Below are positions 61,459 through 64,000 of a stretch of 64,000 nt of DNA, one piece after another; positions within the stretch are counted from its first letter, which is position 1; every line of letters starts with the position of its first letter. The notes beneath the pieces were generated by a model that was given only the letters and a program-made list of their open reading frames with translations, was not told the origin of the DNA and searched no databases. A program made the translations under genes and the position numbers. The DNA is from Phoronis australis (lineage: Eukaryota; Animalia; Phoronida): contig NMRA01000370.1 in assembly GCA_002633005.1 (NCBI GenBank), positions 1 to 64,000 of the forward strand, written 5' to 3'.

Positions 61459-64000
61459 AAAAAGGCTGCGATCTTTTGCACTACAACACCTTTCTTAGGT
61501 TTTTGGGAAAAAAGAACTGATAAAAATGCCTTTTGAAAACATTTTTACAGGCTTTAAAAAAACTGTTCCACAGTATGCGCTTTCATGCAAGACTTATTCC
61601 TTGAGTTTTTGCATAATTAAATTTTTGAGAAAAATTTGCAGCTCACTAATGCAAAATTTGAGAAATTCTCAGCTTCAAAGTAAAGATTTTGGAAAAGAAA
61701 TTTTGGTGAAAATTTCTCAAAAAAGACTTGCATGAACCGGCTCTTTGAGTTAATAACTATAGGAATCAACCTACTGTTTACAAATTGCCCGAGATTTTCA
61801 ATTCACGGGGAAAATTAGTTGAAACTGTCACAAGAACTCCAGTTTCCAACAGCTTTTTCCAAGTTGATAAGAAACTCATAAACAACTATCGGTTACTTTG
61901 CAATGCGAATTCTGTTCTAAGTCTTGTGTTCTATTTGACATTAGTTAAAAACTGCATAGTTTGTTCTGGTCTCTGTTTCTTCTTTTTGAACATTGACTCG
62001 GTGGTGCAATATTTTTAGTTGCTCAATTTTTCAACAAAGAAAATCCGCTTGAGATGAGCAGCTAAAATGACATGGGATTTGTTTTAATCCTTCCAAATGC
62101 TTGGCAAATCGTGATATTTCAAACCTTGTTTACCCGTCCTTACATGCAGATTTTCAAAAAAAAGCATCACAGGTCCTCGGCTGAAATTCATGCGGGCAGG
62201 CATTTTTTATTTCTAGTCGGTGAGCGCAGGTCTCAAAATGAGTCGGGGTACAGTCATACCTCAATCAGCTATGCTATTTTTGGTCTGATCTTGAAATATT
62301 GCGCTTGTTTTTGTAGAACCAAAATTTTCAACTCCCAACAGAAGTAAAATATTTAAATATTAAGTAAATTCTTATACCGGCGTGGAAATTTATATCGCAA
62401 ACATTCTATTCTGTTCCGGTTGGGGCAGAAATCTTTTCAGACTGATATTCATTAGGTCACGTGATGTGCTCACAGGTGGTGTGTTGAGTAGACTTAAATG
62501 TTCGCGATGAAGTAAAATATTGTTTACATGGTTGAACATCCCAAAATTTGCACCCATAGGTTCTGCACTGGGAATAAACGAAGTATGGAGATCTTGGAGT
62601 TATTTCATAATTTTTGAAGTGGCCATCAACCTACTTTCAGTCCAAGAAGCAAGCTTTTCATTTAGACTACTTACCCCTATAAATTTTTTTTCCTATTTTT
62701 ATTTTAAAATACCCCTATAAAACTGGTCTCAACTTGCATGAGAATTGATTTCTAGGTTTGCAAAGATCTAATGGTACGTTATTCCTTGAGGTCATGCTCG
62801 GAGCATAAAATGACAGAGTTTGAAAAACCAAGTCATACTGGGATTTTCCATGGATAAGCCCATGGCCGTGTATTTGGAAAATGAAAATTTTAGGTGTTTT
62901 AGCACTACCAAATAAACGCCCGGGCGTTTCTTCAGAAAAAAGACATACTTTTGCAGACACTGACATTTTGTACTTAAAGCTGTGCTTTTAAATTTTATGT
63001 TAAGAAATGCTTAGTTCGCCAACACCTTGTTCGTTTTTGTAAGTGATAAATGCTCCACAAAACTGATTTTGTGACAAAAAGTGGATGCTGAATTGGTATA
63101 AGAGGAAATTTTACAAATAAACGCCCCACTATCTGTACACTTACACCGGAAGTTGTAAGACCGAATACATTGTTACAAGTGTTGGAAACTTTTGCTAAAC
63201 ATTGCTTTATGACATCTATACAGTACAAATCACATTAATAATAGACTGACATTTTTTGTCAACACCGAAATTTGGCAGAATAGAATTTCATTTGTCGGCC
63301 GTATTGCATTCTGCATATGTGAATTACCATAACTGTGTTTTCATAGTTAGCGTTTCATAGTTTGTGCAAAGCAGGGCCTGGGGTTTACTCTTTTTAAGCA
63401 AAATCAAACTCAAAATTGTTTTTAGAATGTGATACTCTACTTTTGTGCGAACTCAAGATAAGTGTCTATTATTCTATGCTTGAGTATCTAATGGCTTACG
63501 TTGACAACCTGTTAATCCAAGTTTTCACTTGATCACACCGGCTATCAGTTCAAGTCTAAACTCGACATTTTAAAATTTTGCTCAAAATCCCAAAGTCTTT
63601 ACGTGATTTTGTAGCACGAATATATGGTGATCAAGTGCGGACTCATGCATGCATAAAACTGTACTTGAGCACAGGCTAATAGCCACATTTCTTGAACTTG
63701 CACAAAAGTAGAACAGAAAATGCCATGACTAATTTTGAGTTTGATTTTGAGTACAGGGATTTGGCCCTGTGAACCCCCAGATCTCAAGTTGTGAAGGAAT
63801 CAATTTGCTGCCTGCAAATTACTCTTTTATTTCGCCCATTCAAGACTGGATTGCCATTTCCAAGAATTTTTATCTTAATTTGGGATTGTCTCAGCTTATG
63901 AAAGATTCACCAATTTACGCTAACTTATTGAGTAGGAAGCACATTTTGTGCATGTTTGCGTACAACGCCTGTAACACTAATACTAATATTACATACCCAG

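Overview
AT-rich, intron-rich animal genomic DNA (invertebrate-like; one N gap at 3232-4227). Four protein-coding genes are supported. (1) A FAM107-family gene on +, with core exons 22346-24346 and probable upstream exons from 9513. (2) A complete 10-exon twinfilin on - (45968 to 30556, 347 aa); its third intron is a clear minor-spliceosome U12 AT-AC intron. (3) DDX20/Gemin3 on +, head-to-head with twinfilin, with 9 exons from 46311 to 56247 and no 3' end visible in the window. (4) A single-ORF 1100-aa TRIM/RBCC gene on - (58156-61458), apparently nested in a DDX20 intron. Its RING finger is split between zinc ligands 6 and 7 by a ~696-aa low-complexity insert of ~25-aa, FG-nucleoporin-like repeats, which is the most unusual object in the window. 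Introns and intergenic DNA hold many non-autonomous DNA transposons (TA, TTAA, 3-bp and 8-bp TSD types), LINE/SINE relics, a Penelope-type inverted repeat with a minimal hammerhead core, and tandem repeats. Most short ORFs in the supplied track are spurious.
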